A stretch of 13,222 nucleotides of DNA from Gemmatimonadota bacterium (GTDB lineage Bacteria; Gemmatimonadota; Gemmatimonadetes; Palauibacterales; KS3-K002), in assembly GCA_020344375.1 (NCBI GenBank), contig CP070823.1, positions 1,613,706 through 1,626,927 of the forward strand. The letters are read 5' to 3'. Under the pieces are notes generated by a model. It did no database searches. It saw only the letters and a list, made by a program, of their open reading frames with translations, and was not told the origin of the DNA. Below are positions 12,421-13,222 of this stretch, one piece after another; the first letter of the stretch is position 1; each line of letters begins with the position of its first letter. The position numbers and the translations under genes were made by a program.

Positions 12421-12441
12421 GAGCTCCCGGCTCGTCGGCGC

Positions 12442-12629
12442 CTAGTGTTCGACTACAGTAGTGATGACGCGCAGAGAGGGGACGTCGGGGACGGTGGGGG
12501 AATCCTCTCGCTTCATGTCGCGCTGTGTGGGGCCGCGACTGAGGACGGGCCGGGGCGCTCCCAATGTCTGCTCTGAGGATCCCCTGCCGTCCCAATCCCC
12601 GCCTCATGACCACTGTGGTCGAACATTAG
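12442..12629. repeat. ~188-bp element bounded by 26-bp imperfect terminal inverted repeats: ctagtgttcgactacagtagtgatga at 12442-12467, and its reverse complement tcatgaccactgtggtcgaacattag at 12604-12629. MITE-like, or a long structured RNA / bidirectional terminator between convergent genes.
   Basis: Read directly: 22/26 identical positions. Two of the four mismatches would be G-U wobbles as RNA, giving 24/26 pairs. The interior is GC-rich with G-runs (ggggacgtcggggacggtggggg), C-runs and a nested gagagg...cctctc repeat. The right arm overlaps the stop codon of the minus-strand MBL gene. It sits at the right edge of the low-GC transporter island. Confidence 0.4.
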
Positions 12630-13222
12630 TGCGGCAGCGGAGTCCGCGTCCCCAATCCTACGTCCACGAAGTCCTGGCCGTAGACCTCCCTGAAGATCTC
12701 GATCGCCTCGTCGCCGGTGCAGTGCGTCGCCGCGGCCCGGCGCACCCCGAGCTCCTCCTTCATCATCCGGGCGAGGTCTGTGACATATTCCGCCGAATAG
12801 GGGCTGAGGTGGAAGCCTCCCGTGACGAGCTCGACGCCGGCACCGGTCGCCCGCTTGGCCTCCTTCACGATCTCCTCGATGCCGCTGTGTGAGCAGCCGG
12901 AGATCAGCACCAGCTCGCCGCCCTCCGTCTCCAGGGCGAGCGAGAGCTCCGGCAGATTGACCAGCCTCGGCTCGTCTTCGTTCGGTGGGTAGCGCCAGAA
13001 ATAGCCGGTGTGCGGGGAGGTGGTGTATATAAGGTGCACCCCCTCTTCGACCTCCTTGTTCGCGCCGACGAACTCCATGTTATCGGTCCGATAGCGATAG
13101 CCGGGCCGGTATTCCCTTCCTTCCTGCACATTGTAGCCCAGGTACCCATCATCTGGAACGTACAGGCGGACGGACGGATTCACTTCCAGCAGGTAGTCGA
13201 GCCCGGCCGTGTGGTCGCCGTG
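12626..13222 (-). CDS. Metallo-beta-lactamase-fold hydrolase (COG1237-like). Only the C-terminal ~198 aa lie in the window; the gene continues past the window end at its 5' side.
   Basis: Extending the track ORF in frame to the window edge gives 'HGDHTAGLDYLLEVNPSVRLYVP...'. The HGDH is the tail of the MBL H-x-H-x-D-H zinc motif. Later 'LISGCSHSGIEEIV' and 'ATHCTGDEAIE' match the conserved C-terminal His/Cys/Asp ligand regions of this family. Stop is TAA on the minus strand (12626-12628). Confidence 0.8.
   Translation of the reverse strand, partial: HGDHTAGLDYLLEVNPSVRLYVPDDGYLGYNVQEGREYRPGYRYRTDNMEFVGANKEVEEGVHLIYTTSPHTGYFWRYPPNEDEPRLVNLPELSLALETEGGELVLISGCSHSGIEEIVKEAKRATGAGVELVTGGFHLSPYSAEYVTDLARMMKEELGVRRAAATHCTGDEAIEIFREVYGQDFVDVGLGTRTPLPH

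Noticed and set aside
12359-12892. ORFs 12461-12892 + and 12359-12613 - across the inverted-repeat element and the MBL gene end
   Set aside because: They cross the 26-bp inverted repeats and sit antisense to or out of frame with the MBL CDS, which has clear family motifs. Products are low complexity.
1-13222. CRISPR arrays, tRNA/rRNA genes, integrase/transposase genes
   Set aside because: I looked for regularly spaced direct repeats, tRNA-like cloverleaf regions and recombinase motifs, and found none. The only mobile-element-like signal is the IR-bounded 188-bp unit at 12442-12629.

Overview
High-GC (about 67-72% over most of the window) bacterial chromosomal segment with dense coding on the + strand; no rRNA, tRNA or CRISPR seen. 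Content in order: 3' end of a HAD-like hydrolase; a cupin; a YtrA-type GntR regulator and SPFH/stomatin pair behind a near-consensus sigma70 promoter and a CTAG-rich operator; an ~1 kb sparsely coding stretch with two tiny membrane-peptide ORFs and a clear intrinsic terminator; then a tightly coupled five-gene block (3428-10526). That block reads as a PNAG-like (pga/ica-type) exopolysaccharide synthase and export module with its gene order rearranged relative to pgaABCD (apparent order A-C-D-B): a TPR and beta-barrel exporter, a GT2 processive synthase, a small TM accessory protein and a membrane-anchored CE4 deacetylase. It is preceded and translationally coupled by an unusual three-domain regulator. 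That regulator is a KaiC/RecA-like P-loop domain whose catalytic Glu-Glu pair is replaced, fused to a degenerate receiver domain and an unknown C-terminal domain. This block is the most interesting candidate system in the window. Downstream lies a low-GC island (about 50-57%) carrying a small 2-TM protein and a sodium:solute symporter. It is bounded on the right by a ~190 bp element with 26-bp terminal inverted repeats, MITE-like or a long structured RNA. Last is a convergent MBL-fold hydrolase gene that runs off the window edge. Many long antisense ORFs in the track are GC-driven shadows and were rejected.
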